From contig JAAOMT010000617.1 of NCBI GenBank assembly GCA_016748015.1, positions 248,001 to 312,000 on the forward strand: 64,000 nucleotides of DNA, read 5' to 3'. The notes under the pieces were generated by a model. It saw nothing but the letters and a program-made list of their open reading frames with translations. It made no database searches and had not been told where the DNA came from. This DNA is from Geosiphon pyriformis uo1 (lineage: Eukaryota > Fungi > Glomeromycota). A program made the translations under genes and the position numbers. Of this stretch, positions 13,701 to 25,925 are shown piece by piece (the stretch's first letter is position 1; the number at the start of each line of letters is the position of its first letter).

Positions 13701-15700
13701 AAATAGAAAATTTTGTTATTAATAAAAATTATACTATTATAAATAAAACTTTTACTTTTTAAATCTTGTCTATTTATTTAGCTATAATTAACTATTTATA
13801 TTAATTACTTATATTATATAATTAGCCAATCTATTTTTAAAATAAGTTATTAATGTAATTATTAACTTGATTATTGACTTAATTATTAATCTGATTATTG
13901 ACTAAATTACTAATATGATTATTAATTTCTTTTTGATTATATAAATAAGATATTTTAAGAATTGTAAAAAGTATTTATACTTAAATTATACTTAGATTAA
14001 TACAACAATATTAACTTTTTTATTTTTCTTTTACTATTTTTTTTTTTTTATTTGTATAATTATTAGTTTTTGTAAAGTATATTAAATAAATATTTATTGA
14101 AAAATACAACTAATACCTAATATTGAATTTTAAAAGTATTAACATAAAACATAGAATTATATTAGTATATTATTTTTTGTTAACAGTATAGACTATCTCT
14201 TTACTTTCAAATTCTCTTGTTATCTTTTGAAAAGAATAGTAATTGAAATATTTATAAAACTGATCTTATACATTAAATTTTTACTAATTTAATTTACTTA
14301 TTAAAGTTAAATTACTCTTTTTATTATTTTATTTGCCATACAATACTGTTTTTTTTTTGCTATTCATTAGCTTATTAATTTAACTATAATAATATATTAT
14401 ATACTGTTTATATAAAAGTATTATTTTAAAGAATAATATCTAAAAGTTTTGTTTATTTTTAGTAATGTTAAGATTTTTATTGGTAAATTATGAATTTTGT
14501 ACATAATTAAAGATAATTTACCATAAAAAGATATAATTAGTTAAGTTTAAGTTTAAAAAGTTTTAGAAAAAAGTAGTTTAGTATTGGTTTTAATTTGTGT
14601 ATATTATGCATATTTTTTTCTAATATTAATAATATTATTTTTATTAAAATAGATCTATAGTGTTGTTTTAATTGGCTCGAATAACTGGTCATATGTAAAA
14701 AATATGTAATTCACATCTAATTTATCTTACTTAATTTGATATATTGTGTTAAATAATATTTAAATCTTACTTATTAAAACAATAATAAATAAATTACAAT
14801 TTTTATTATTTATATAATTTATGTTTGATAAAATTAGATTAAAAAAATATTTTTAAATTAAATAATTGGTTTTATTTTATATGTTTAAGCTATAATTAAT
14901 CTGTTGTATTATTTATAATTATTTTTATAAATTTAATAAAAATAAAACAAAAGTTTGTTTTATTAAAAACACAAGTTCAAAATTTGGATTTAGTAATATT
15001 GCTAAAAAAAATAAAAAAATATAGAAAATAAATATATTTTTGAACTGTATTAATATATTTAAAAGTACAGTTATACAAACTTTAAAATAATAAAAATGTT
15101 TAAAATATTATAAATATTAAAAATTTGATTTTAGATTTTATGTAGTTAAAAATACCTTAGATACAGCTATAGTATATTAAAATAGTAAAAAAAACTTTTA
15201 CACAAAATTTTTGAAAAGTTTTTGATTTGTAAGATAAAAGTAAATAATATATTGAATTTTAAAAAAAATACATTGTTATAAAATAGGTTTAATTGGTCCA
15301 AATAATTATTTATATGTAAAAAGTACATGGTTTACATTTATATTTAAATATGTATATGTATTATTATAATAAATGCTTAAAAAAATTTTTGTCAATTTTT
15401 TTATAATTATTAGATTTTAATCAAATAAATAATTAAAAAATGTTGTTTATTTTTTTAAACTAATAATATATTATACTTTTAGATTATAATTTAAAGTTTT
15501 TATAATTAACAAATTCTTTTTTTAATATTGTACAAGTTTAAAAGATAAATTTTTTTTGTTTAAATTTTTTAGTATAAAAGCAATAAATCATAAATGAATA
15601 ATTCAAATTGGAATAGTTTATTAAAAATTCATTTCAATTCACTTAATTTCTTGTTTAAAATTTAATAATGTTTAGCTTATTTTAGCTTGAGTTAAAAACT
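13700..15700. mobile_element. Unidentified hypermutated repeat relic(s)
   Basis: Same extreme AT-richness and CpG loss. No domain recognised. Confidence 0.45.
13845..13926. repeat. Degenerate 12-bp tandem repeat (~TTATTGACYTGA)
   Basis: About 6-7 units differing mainly by transitions. Confidence 0.65.
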
Positions 15701-16446
15701 TTGGAATCTTTTCATAAATATATTAAAAAACATTAATCATTCTTAAGATATTGGGAAAAAATTAGGATTCATAATCAATAATTTGATCTGTTATAAAACA
15801 TTAAGATATTATGTCAATATTACAAAATCAATTGATTTTTGAGGAAATATATGATCTATTAGAAAATAACATTAAAAATAACCAATTTCTAGTTTCGATC
15901 TTTGGAAGCCATTGATGAATGGTGAGTACATCTTTAAACAATTGAAATCTCATTAAATCCTGATACACACATTAAAACAAACAAAATTTTGACAGCGGGA
16001 AGAAACAAAAAAGTATAAATTTATAGGTTCCTTTAAGGGTATAGTGTTTTGGTCTTAAAAGTCTAGACCTTCCTCAAGGATGATCGGGATACACGCAAAG
16101 GAAGATAACGTTTTTTAATTGTAGTTTTCATTTGTACCAAAATTTTCTTAAGTCATTGGCCTATTTTAGATTTGATAATCTTCTGAAATGGACCATATAT
16201 TTTCTTTCGGGATTAGACTTGGTTGATAAAAGTAATTTTCTCACAAAATGCCTCAGCCCGTGAAGCTCCCATAAATGACTCACAGTATTTTAAGAAATTA
16301 AATTTGCACTTAACACGCGGTGATGTTAAAAGGTTACTTCAAAAACGGTTTTTGTCAAATCTTAGCATTCAATAATAGACTAGAACCCTTGAGTTTAAAA
16401 GCCTTTAATTTAAAATCGATCTTTTAATGACACCAAATTTGATGTC

Positions 16447-16513
16447 TTTTCTTTTCTTTTCTTTCTCTTTTCTTTCTCTTTTCTTTCTCTTTTCTTTCTC
16501 TTTTCTTTCTCTT
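16447..16513. repeat. Polypyrimidine minisatellite (TTTTCTTTCTC)x5
   Basis: Direct reading. Confidence 0.9.
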
Positions 16514-17820
16514 GCTTAGTCACGTTCAACATGGAAATTCTTGGTATTTATTTAATATGCACAAACATTTGAAAATTAGAATTTCCCTAGCATTTGAATA
16601 AACAATCTATTAGAAGTTTTTGTGAAATTGATTCTGAGATTCCGATTCACCAATTCTTACAAAAAATAAACTTTATGGGTAATAGACTATCTTTAAACTA
16701 TGTGAAAAATCAATCTATTATTCCTTAGTTGTTTGATTCAATGTACTTTGTTACTAAAAGGAAAATTTTGACAGCTCTCGTGTTTGCCTCGGTATGAACG
16801 TTTCACTATTAGGATCACTGCCGAATCTCTTTTTAAAGTAACAATCCTGTTTATCAATAACAGCTAATTTAAGACATTGACACAGGATTGATGCAAAAGT
16901 GACAATCAATACAATAGCAGATACCTGTCAGGGACTACCATTTTACCAAAGACAATGCGATCGTCTTTATGACTTTTTTTCACTTGTTTTTCCTAGTCAT
17001 GAGCTTTTGCTTTTGGTGGTAGTGACTATCCCTGTTTTTTTACCCGTGTTTTCTTTGATCTAGCTTTTTTTTCATGTACAATTATGAGACATATCTTAAA
17101 ACCGTTAACAATTGTATTTTGACAAGTATTTATATATGAGTACATTATTTCCGATTGTTATCTTATTACACTCAAAAAATCACGAGCAACTACAGTTTAG
17201 AATCCCATTTTGCAGAATAAATAGGACACATCTACTGCATACACAGACCTACACAGACCTACACAAACTCAAAGTCAAAAAAAACAAAAAACACAAAGCA
17301 GATTTCCTTGATACACACAAAGCAGAATCAAAGATACAGTAGGTACGTGCCTTAAATGTATATCTTATATCGATGGCGTTTTTTTGCAAAAAAAAGCTTT
17401 AAATAAGAAGCGAAATGTGCCATTCTTTTGGATATTTTGGCAACCATTAATGACCACAATAATATCAAACCCAGCCTGCAACTGATTGTTGTTCGCCCTT
17501 CTCCTTTTCTAAACGACACTTGAATTTTAATTCACTGTTCCTCCTTTTTTTTTTATGACATTTACGAATTTGGATTATTTATACCATTTTTTTAATATAG
17601 CTGTTAAAAACTTTATTTTGACAAACCATATAAATTCACAATTGCCATCATCATTTTTGCTTTCCTACACAGAAACTCAGCCTAGTCTAAATAAAAACAA
17701 ACAATCGAGCTGACTAGAAAAAAAAAATATAATTAAAAGAACAGCAAACCCATCGTTGAAAAACTTTACGAAACCCTTTTTAACAAACCAACACTCAAGA
17801 ACCTATATCATACATTTAAA

Positions 17821-19032
17821 ATGGTTTTACTTGTTTTAACTGAACGTATTCGACGAGCCGTCTTTCTTGCTATCGAGTCACCAGAATTTGATGATTGTGC
17901 GAAAGACAGGCTCAGGTCCTATCTTCAAGGAAAAGTTTATTTACCACTTGACTTGGTGAAGCAAGTCTCAAAATTTTTGGTAAATCGTGATGGGAAACTT
18001 GGTAAAGAAATTGGTAAGAAAAAATTTCTTTAGATATTTTCAATCGCGCGTTATCTTTTCGTTCCCAACTTCCTTTCGCCTAAAGAGGCGATAAGCCAAT
18101 CCTTAAAATTTTGCTTTTGCCCTCCTGCATATTGTTTGTTTTGAACAACATTGCGGACCCTAAAACGGGAGGATTCTTTGATGATCCGTCAAACTTTGAT
18201 CATCCGATTACCCTCTTATTGGTGTTTTTTAATAATAATAATAATAATTTTTGTTTTCTTATTCAGGCCTTTCCAATTATTGGCTACATGAATTACTTAC
18301 CGGCAGTGGTGTTTATGTCGAACCAAAAAAAGAGAAAGTTAAGGTATTTTATCGACATACTTATTCCATATCATATTTAATATCGCAAGGTTCACCAAAC
18401 CTTTCATTATTAACAATTTCAATATCTCTCCAATTAGAATCCTAAATTGATGGCTCGTCTCGAAGAAATTTTAGCTGGTCAGGCTAACAAGGAATATGCT
18501 CGTATGATTGCTCGCGTTGCATCCTCATATGATGTTGAAACCTTTAAATTGCTCGATACCGAGGAATTTGGCACAATTCGAGGACAGCTCACTGCTATTA
18601 TCAACATCACTTTCACTGTTGTCGCCGTCTTTGCTGCCGTCTATCATGTCTCTCAGAGTATTACAGGCGATATCGGAATGGTTAGCATGATTGAATTTTG
18701 ATGATTCAGATGATAATTAAATTTAATGAATATATAACTAATCTAAATATTTTGATACATAATTATTACAGCGTGTTCTACTTGCCAGCGTTGGAAGCTT
18801 GGTAATTGGTGTCGCTGAAACATTTTTATATATGAGATACCTGACAGGTTATGAAAATGAAAAGAAAAAGAAGGAAGCAACCAAACAACGAAAACCACTT
18901 CATCGGCGAGCCACCTTTATTTCTACTACGACATATTCAAAACCTAAGGATTTCCCAAATTTCAATAGTGCCAATGAAAAATACACATCTTACAAAAGTC
19001 ATCACCATCCAAAAAGAACACATTCAATATAA
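17821..19032 (+). CDS. VMA12: V-ATPase assembly factor Vma12/TMEM199 (about 4 exons)
   Basis: Motifs WLHELLTGSGVYVEP, NPKLMARLEEI...NKEYARM, two TMs (QLTAIINITFTVVAVFAAVY; RVLLASVGSLVIGVAETFLY). Confidence 0.9.
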
Positions 19033-21219
19033 ATATCAGCTACCTCAAAAAAAATAAACAATTCATAATGGCCTAACCACCCTATAAAAAGCTATTCAAG
19101 CATATCGCGAAAGGGCACTTTTTTTTGGTTATAACAATGGCTGATTTTCTATTGTAAATATTAGTTGGTTCTGAATATTTTGGGTTTGCTTCATCTGCCA
19201 TGTAGTATATAGTAAAAAAAAAACATTTGACATTCAAAAATTGATCCTATTAGTTTCCCTTTTTGTTCTTTCTAAATTTGTATAGCTGTCATTTCATATT
19301 CCTCAATATCATCTCAATCAAAGTTTTTCCTTTTACAATCAATACTCTTCTTAATAGGCTTTAGAATCTTCTTTAAACAAAAGAGAAAAAAATAAAAAAC
19401 GTCATCTTATGGTTTATGAATAAATATTATATAATTATGTTTAGTTGAATTTGGGAAATTTTGTGTCATGAGCTCCCTTGTTAAATGTTCCTCAAAACTT
19501 TGCGTCACTTTTACAACGCCATGGACGAAAAATTTTGAAAAATAAAATCACATCTGATATTTGTCGTACAATTTGAGTTTTTATGATCATTTTGTGGTTT
19601 ATTCAACAAAATAATTTAACTTCCAAAAATATTAATCCCTAAAAGAATTTTTTCTATTTTGAAAAACTTGATCCGAGTGATAATACTATACTTTTAAGCT
19701 CATAATATAAAATTTATATTTTTAAAAATCAGTTTTAAAGCCCAAATAGTGATTTTAAATAATAGTAATATATATTTCTTGTAGATAAAAAACTGAAGTG
19801 CGATTTTTTTTTGTTTGAAATATAAATAAATGATGAATATCTTGGGGGTAAAAAAAAAAACAAACTTCAAAAATTCTATGCTTTTTGCGTAATTTTTTTT
19901 TTTTACATGTAAAAAACTTATTCTTAATCCTACAAAAGGGATGAAAATAATCTTTTGGTAGAATTATGAAAAAAAAGGTTTCATTACATTTAAAAAAACT
20001 CGAATATTTTTGCTTTCCTTTGACAAATCACCAATCAGTTTAGATTACACAATCTTTTTTCTTTCACAATGTAAAGGTTTGTATGGTCTTTGTAGAAAAT
20101 CATGCAGCAGTCACAAGTATTTGAAAACTTAAATTTAGAATAATGCATAAACAGCAAGAATCCCAACAATGAAATTTCTCAACTTTTGTTAGATTGCATG
20201 AAAAACATGGAATATTCGCTGCACGACTGCTTCTTAAATGAAAATGATAGGAGACGAAACAAAATATGCCAACTCCGAATCTTTTAGCGCATAGACAGAT
20301 GATTTTTTTCCCAAAAAACGTGGGCATAGAGGAGATCTTGATCCTGTGTTTGTTTTTTTTGTTGCATTGTTTTTTTGTCAATTGCTTTTAGGGTGTGAGT
20401 AATGCCTCTTGATGATATCACAACTTTTGAAACTGCCTGAGAAATCATTGATTCGCATGAGAACTCTTGAGTATTTAATAGTATTGTGAAGACACATGCT
20501 TGAATTGAAATTCGGATTCAAGTTCGAGTATATAACTTGCCTGCATCAAAAATCACGTCTGCAGCTCAGGTTATTCAAAAATGGTATATGAACTGCTTCA
20601 TATTTTTGCCCTTTAATTATCCTAGAGTACATTCAAATCTGAATATTCTACTAAATGAAAAACATTGAAACTTACTAACCTATATTACAAGAAAAGCTTG
20701 CGCGCACCATCGATTTTTAACCAATCAAATCATTGATTCTGAATTTTTGTGATACGATAATTTTCTGATAAAGCATTTTGGATTTCGTGCATCGATAAAA
20801 TCTTTTAAGTTTCCAAACTCTCATGTCAGAGCAGAAAAACGATGGGAAAATCTGGAGCCTATGATAAGATCGCTCGGATCGTAGCGTATCGTTTCAAAAA
20901 AAGGATGTGTATTCATAAATACCATTTCTTCTACACAAAATTTAGCTGTTATCGTTTTCGACTGTCCATAAAGGTTTATTCTGTACAATACCTTATGATA
21001 TTCATGTTTGATCCTTTTTCATACTATTATAACCTGTCGAAAAAATTGATTTTGAGAAAGTGTGTTCCGATTGGAAAGCACTTTCACAAGTAACAAAATT
21101 TATTTTAAAGCAGAATGTATTTTGATATTCCATGCTTTTTTATTATAAATTTAATATAAATTTAATATTGAATTCTGTTTTCCCAAGGCTGCAAAATCAA
21201 TGTCAATATTTGCAAGAAT

Positions 21220-24200
21220 TCATGCCTCTCGTTCAATAGCTTGGTTATCTTCCAATTGACCATGACGACTAACAAAACTGATAATCCGTGACTTGAGGGT
21301 ATCATTTAACCACTGCATTCGGCGCATTGATTGGCTTTCAAATAAGTGATTAATCCTTCTTTCTTCTCGCTGAGGTGTTCTATAAAGCTCTTCTTGAACT
21401 GGATCAATGTTTTCTCCGGCTGAACCAGCGTTTTCTTCCTCGAGATGCAAAGGATGTTGCGAAAGAACGCTAGCATTTGCACCCGTAAGACTTCTCTTAA
21501 CCAAGTTTTCGTGCAACGGTGAAAGCCCAGGTAAAAATTTGATCTTGAATTCAAGATGTCCCCTTACTCGCGGTGAATTGCTAAATTGGGGGCTTTGCTG
21601 CACCTCATCATCATTTTGGGGATCCTTATTTGGAATCTTCTCATATATCGGAAGATTATAAATAGTTTGTTCGTCAAGATCTATTATACCTCGAAGCCAG
21701 ATTTTGGCTATCCCGGCTGTGCGAGAAACTCCAAGAAAATTTCTACGCCTGACTTTGAATATCAAACAAGTTTTATAACGTTCAAGTATGGGGAATAAAA
21801 TTACATTAGGCCATGATGGTGGGCGTTCTGTTGAGCTCTCTGTATGATGGGGATGACTCGGAGTTGTGTTGAGTTCCAGATTAACAAAATAATTGCGGCC
21901 TAATGAATGAATATATTATGCACAAGATTTCATCGATTTGAAATATTTGAACGATTTCATCATGCGTGTTAAATAAAATCCATACCTTTGAAATATTTTT
22001 CCAAATCTCGAGCTATCAGATTTTTTACTTCTAGAGTCCCAACATCATATCCTTTTTCTTGTGGTTTCAATTTCAAGGTGACAGTTTTAAACAAAAAACT
22101 TATCCGCACCTTGCCACAACCAATCCCATCACGAAGAGGAAACCATTTGGTTACATCTTTCTATATTTGACGGAATTTATTAGAAGGAATACAGTATTAA
22201 AGGAAAATTAAACGAGCGTAACTACCTCGGGTTTTTCTTCAAATATATTTTTTAACGAGACATTCACCATTCCAATAACGGGATCATCCTCAAGATCTTT
22301 TTGATTTTTGATGACTATGCGCAATGTTGCAGTCGACCAGTCACGTACGAATTGTTCAGTAGATGCGTTCCAATAGGGTGCCACACTATCGATAAAAGGG
22401 TAAAAAAATTTTGATACAGGTGAAAAAACTGTATTGTGGCGGTAGTTATTGATAAAATTATTAACTCACTTATTGAGCTTTGTTCTCGTGCGGTAAACTA
22501 GAAAAGAAAGTAATCAAAAAAATTACTAATATTCTAATCGTTAACTTGGTCATTATTGAGTGTAGCACAAACCTTGTATATCATTCAAAAATACTGAAGC
22601 ATATGGATTAGGGAAGTTCGAGCCACTAAAGTGGTCTAATAAAGGAATACTAGATTTATGATGGGTAAAGGCTGGCGCAGTTACTTGAATATTCATTGCC
22701 TGGTGTATTTGAAGGGCGAGGATTCCTGCTGTAATTTGAGTAAAAAGATTAATTTCATTATTTAAAACAGAAAATTAAAAGTTGAAATAACATACACGTT
22801 TGATTTTCTTGTATTGTACTTTCATCATAAATTTTAGGGGAATAAAGAACGCGACAATTTAGGGAGCCGCGGCGGGTATGCTGTTGCTGGTTAAGCCATA
22901 TATCTGTCCAGCTGTGGAAAATATTGAATAAAAATCAAAAACATCCAACTACAAAGATTATGAAACAAAAATTTTGATTCGCACCCATCATGAATTATGC
23001 ATTCCTCTTTTCCGTCTCTTATTTTTTCTTTGATGTCGAACCAGACTGAACCAATATGATCATCGTTACTGAAACGGTCCCAATCCCATACACTCAATCG
23101 AATTTTAATATTGTCAGAGACTATATCCAATTCTGGTATTTTATGGAAATGCGTTTCTTGCCAAACTGGATGCGCCTCATTTTCAATTACTCGGGTTTTG
23201 GTTTCGGTTGGATATGGTGGAGGATCAAGAGCTGTTACCACGTATGGATCATTGTCTCCTAAAAACGGAATGTAAAACAGATGTAAAAACCACAAATTAT
23301 TGTTAAAATACATTGCAAAATTGATTTACCTCTGATATCTGCTTGGGCCAAATCTTTAGCTTCATAAATATCTATCCTCACCACACCGATAGACTGCGTA
23401 TCTGGGAATAAATTTGCAGAAATTTGCGATAACTGTTTGACAAAACTGAACAGATTTGATAATAGTTTGGAATTACCATGTTTAACATCGTCCCCAGAAA
23501 GCAATTGAGCAAGGTCGAGATCAAGGAATTTAGGATAGGTAAATTCTTGCAGCACAAGATTTACGCTGGCCTTTAAAAAGTCTTTTACTATGGGTAACTT
23601 TTAAATTGAAAATGGTAAAGCAATATTTTTTAAAAAATTTGAGAAAAATGCAATTTGAAGGGTCTGTAATAAATTGAACTTACTTGAGCAATATTAATAG
23701 GGACTAGGCTGACAATACTGGTTTCATACACAGGGGTGTTGAGGATACTGAATCTGCCCTTTGAAACGAATGGAGGGGTACCAAGAAGTTGAATTTCGAA
23801 ACGAATCATGGCCGAAAAACCGAGAATCTCCACTTTCACTGGTATTATGGCTTTAAATCCGGTTTTAATCGAGACTACTACATGTGGAGGGGCGTGCTGG
23901 GCTTCAGGCGAAGGTGCTAAGGCGCCAAACGAAAAGTGAGCTTCACCAATCTTTCAAAAAATGTAAAGCTTAGCTATTTTTTAAATGATTACTGCTTAAT
24001 TTATTCAGTTAGGTAGTTCCCAACTTACAAATAATTCATCGCCCCCATCTATTTCTCGCTGGCCAATAATCTTGATCCTATAAAAAACATATTTTATTAA
24101 ACCAAGAACATTTTGAGGACATTAAACCTTCTACATACTTTTCAACACGAGGAGCTATAATTCCCAATTCTAAGGTTTCAACGTTTGCGGCTTGCTAGAA

Positions 24201-25306
24201 GTAAAATGGAATCAAAAATTATTTATCCGCCATAAAAATGAGGAATTCTTTATAAAAGTTGAGCTCACAATAAAATAGGGTGCGATACGATTCATAGTGT
24301 CTTCCAACATGTCGGTCACAGATACAAGAAGGTCAGGATTAAAGCCCTTCCAAATTTGCTGAATAACAGAGTTCAGCCTGGAAAAGAATAAAGCAATTAA
24401 ATTAAACGAAAAACCGTCAAATTTGGTTTCCTTTAAAATTTACCATTCGACAGTTTCCCCATCTTGCTGTTGAAGCTTTAAAAAGCCAGGTCGGTTTAAA
24501 AAAAAAGAATTTTAGAGGTTTTGAAGAATAAAAAATTTGAGCAGAGAAAAAATTTACTCTTTCAATCCCCAATTCCCGTTGTACAAGCCATTTGACATGT
24601 TGGTTTATTTGTCGCTTTCGATAGTTATACCAAGAGTTAAATTGAGAGATAAAAATCCAAAGCAAGACAGTCGAAAACCCAAAGCGTCCAACTATATAGC
24701 ACATCACACATATGACAGTATGTGCCACAAACACTTGAATACGAAATTGGGTTTCCCATTTTTCCAAATCATCAATCTTTGTAACTTTGTCTTCATTATG
24801 AATATTCCTTTCACTATAAGGTCTTTTTAATTTTAACTGAGATTTGTCTTGAGAGGAAGCTTGCAAAGACAAAAGCGATGAATCAAATTTTTGTTGCTTT
24901 GAACCACAGCTTGACGGGTTTCTCTGTTCCTGATATGACATTAATTGCTGAGTTAAAGTTGAATCATGTTGAGGCCTAAAAGTTTGTTCCGGCCGCCGGC
25001 TTGATGAAGGATCAGACGAACGTCGAGTTTGGGCAATTGACGAATCACCACGATTATTTGTGGGGCGTTCTAATAAGTTTGAAAGAGCTTTGGATGCGGA
25101 GGGTAAATTACTCGATATGGTACGAGTAGGTAGGATTGGATAAAGATTGGTTGAACTTGTTGCTGTAAAATTCGAACAAGGAGTTTTAATTTTGAAAATA
25201 ATAAACAGAAACCAATCCTTTCCTGATACAGACCAGATGGTCTTTCTAATTTTCTGGTACCAGATTTTTGCATGGGGCCATTGGGCAGATCCTCTTTCTG
25301 AGCCAT
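21220..25306 (-). CDS. Mug190-like SMP-domain plus multiple C2-domain membrane-tether protein (many exons)
   Basis: ETVEWLNSVIQQIW...DMLEDTM (SMP), YPKFLDLDLAQLLSGDD, C2 DNDPYV...HPVWQE...VWDWDRFSNDDHIG, AGILALQIHQA, TEQFVRDW, VTKWFPLRDGIGCGKVRIS, C-terminus IEREA. Start at 25306 inferred from a phase-1 intron. Confidence 0.85.
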
Positions 25307-25925
25307 TTTTTACCAATGATAAGTAAAAAGGCCAAAGATTTTGGTGGGAAAGCAAGAGTTTAAGTGAAAAATTTTCGGAGACATCCATCAATAGCCAAGA
25401 AGATAAATAGTCAATTGTATATTAGTCGTCGTAATTACGTCAAAATCATTACAAGGAATGACGCAAAATTATTTTAGTCAATAAAATCAGTGATGCTTTA
25501 CTAGGGCAGAAAGTAATCCAAGCTTAATTGTGAGGGACTATTGAATTACTTAGTTTACATAAATTATAAGCCCAGGAATCAGGCACTATCGGATCTCATT
25601 AACCCCTTCCCAGGTGTAAATATTTGTAAATTCAATTATATAAAACAGAAGCTTCCAAATTTGTAAATATTGGAAGTATAGCAAGTTTTGGTTTTGTCAC
25701 GAATCTTTTTTTCGTGGTAAAATTACACAAATTGCTCACGTAGCACGAACCTATATCATTTTGAACAGTCTTCAAATTCGGACACATTTTCGTCAAATTT
25801 GATCATATGCTATTTGAGATAGTAAAAAGGATAACATGTTTGATGAACCTATATAAAACTTGGTTTCGACTCTAGAAACACAATTTATCTTCGGCGAAAA
25901 AATAAAACGGAACTCAATTGCATAA

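Noticed and set aside
10200-15700. Mitochondrial or endosymbiont insert suggested by extreme AT content
   Set aside because: Remnant motifs are LINE ORF1/endonuclease; no organellar genes recognised.
18175-18215. SECIS or TPP-riboswitch-like motif
   Set aside because: No helix after ATGA, no CTGAGA core, no in-frame TGA gene.
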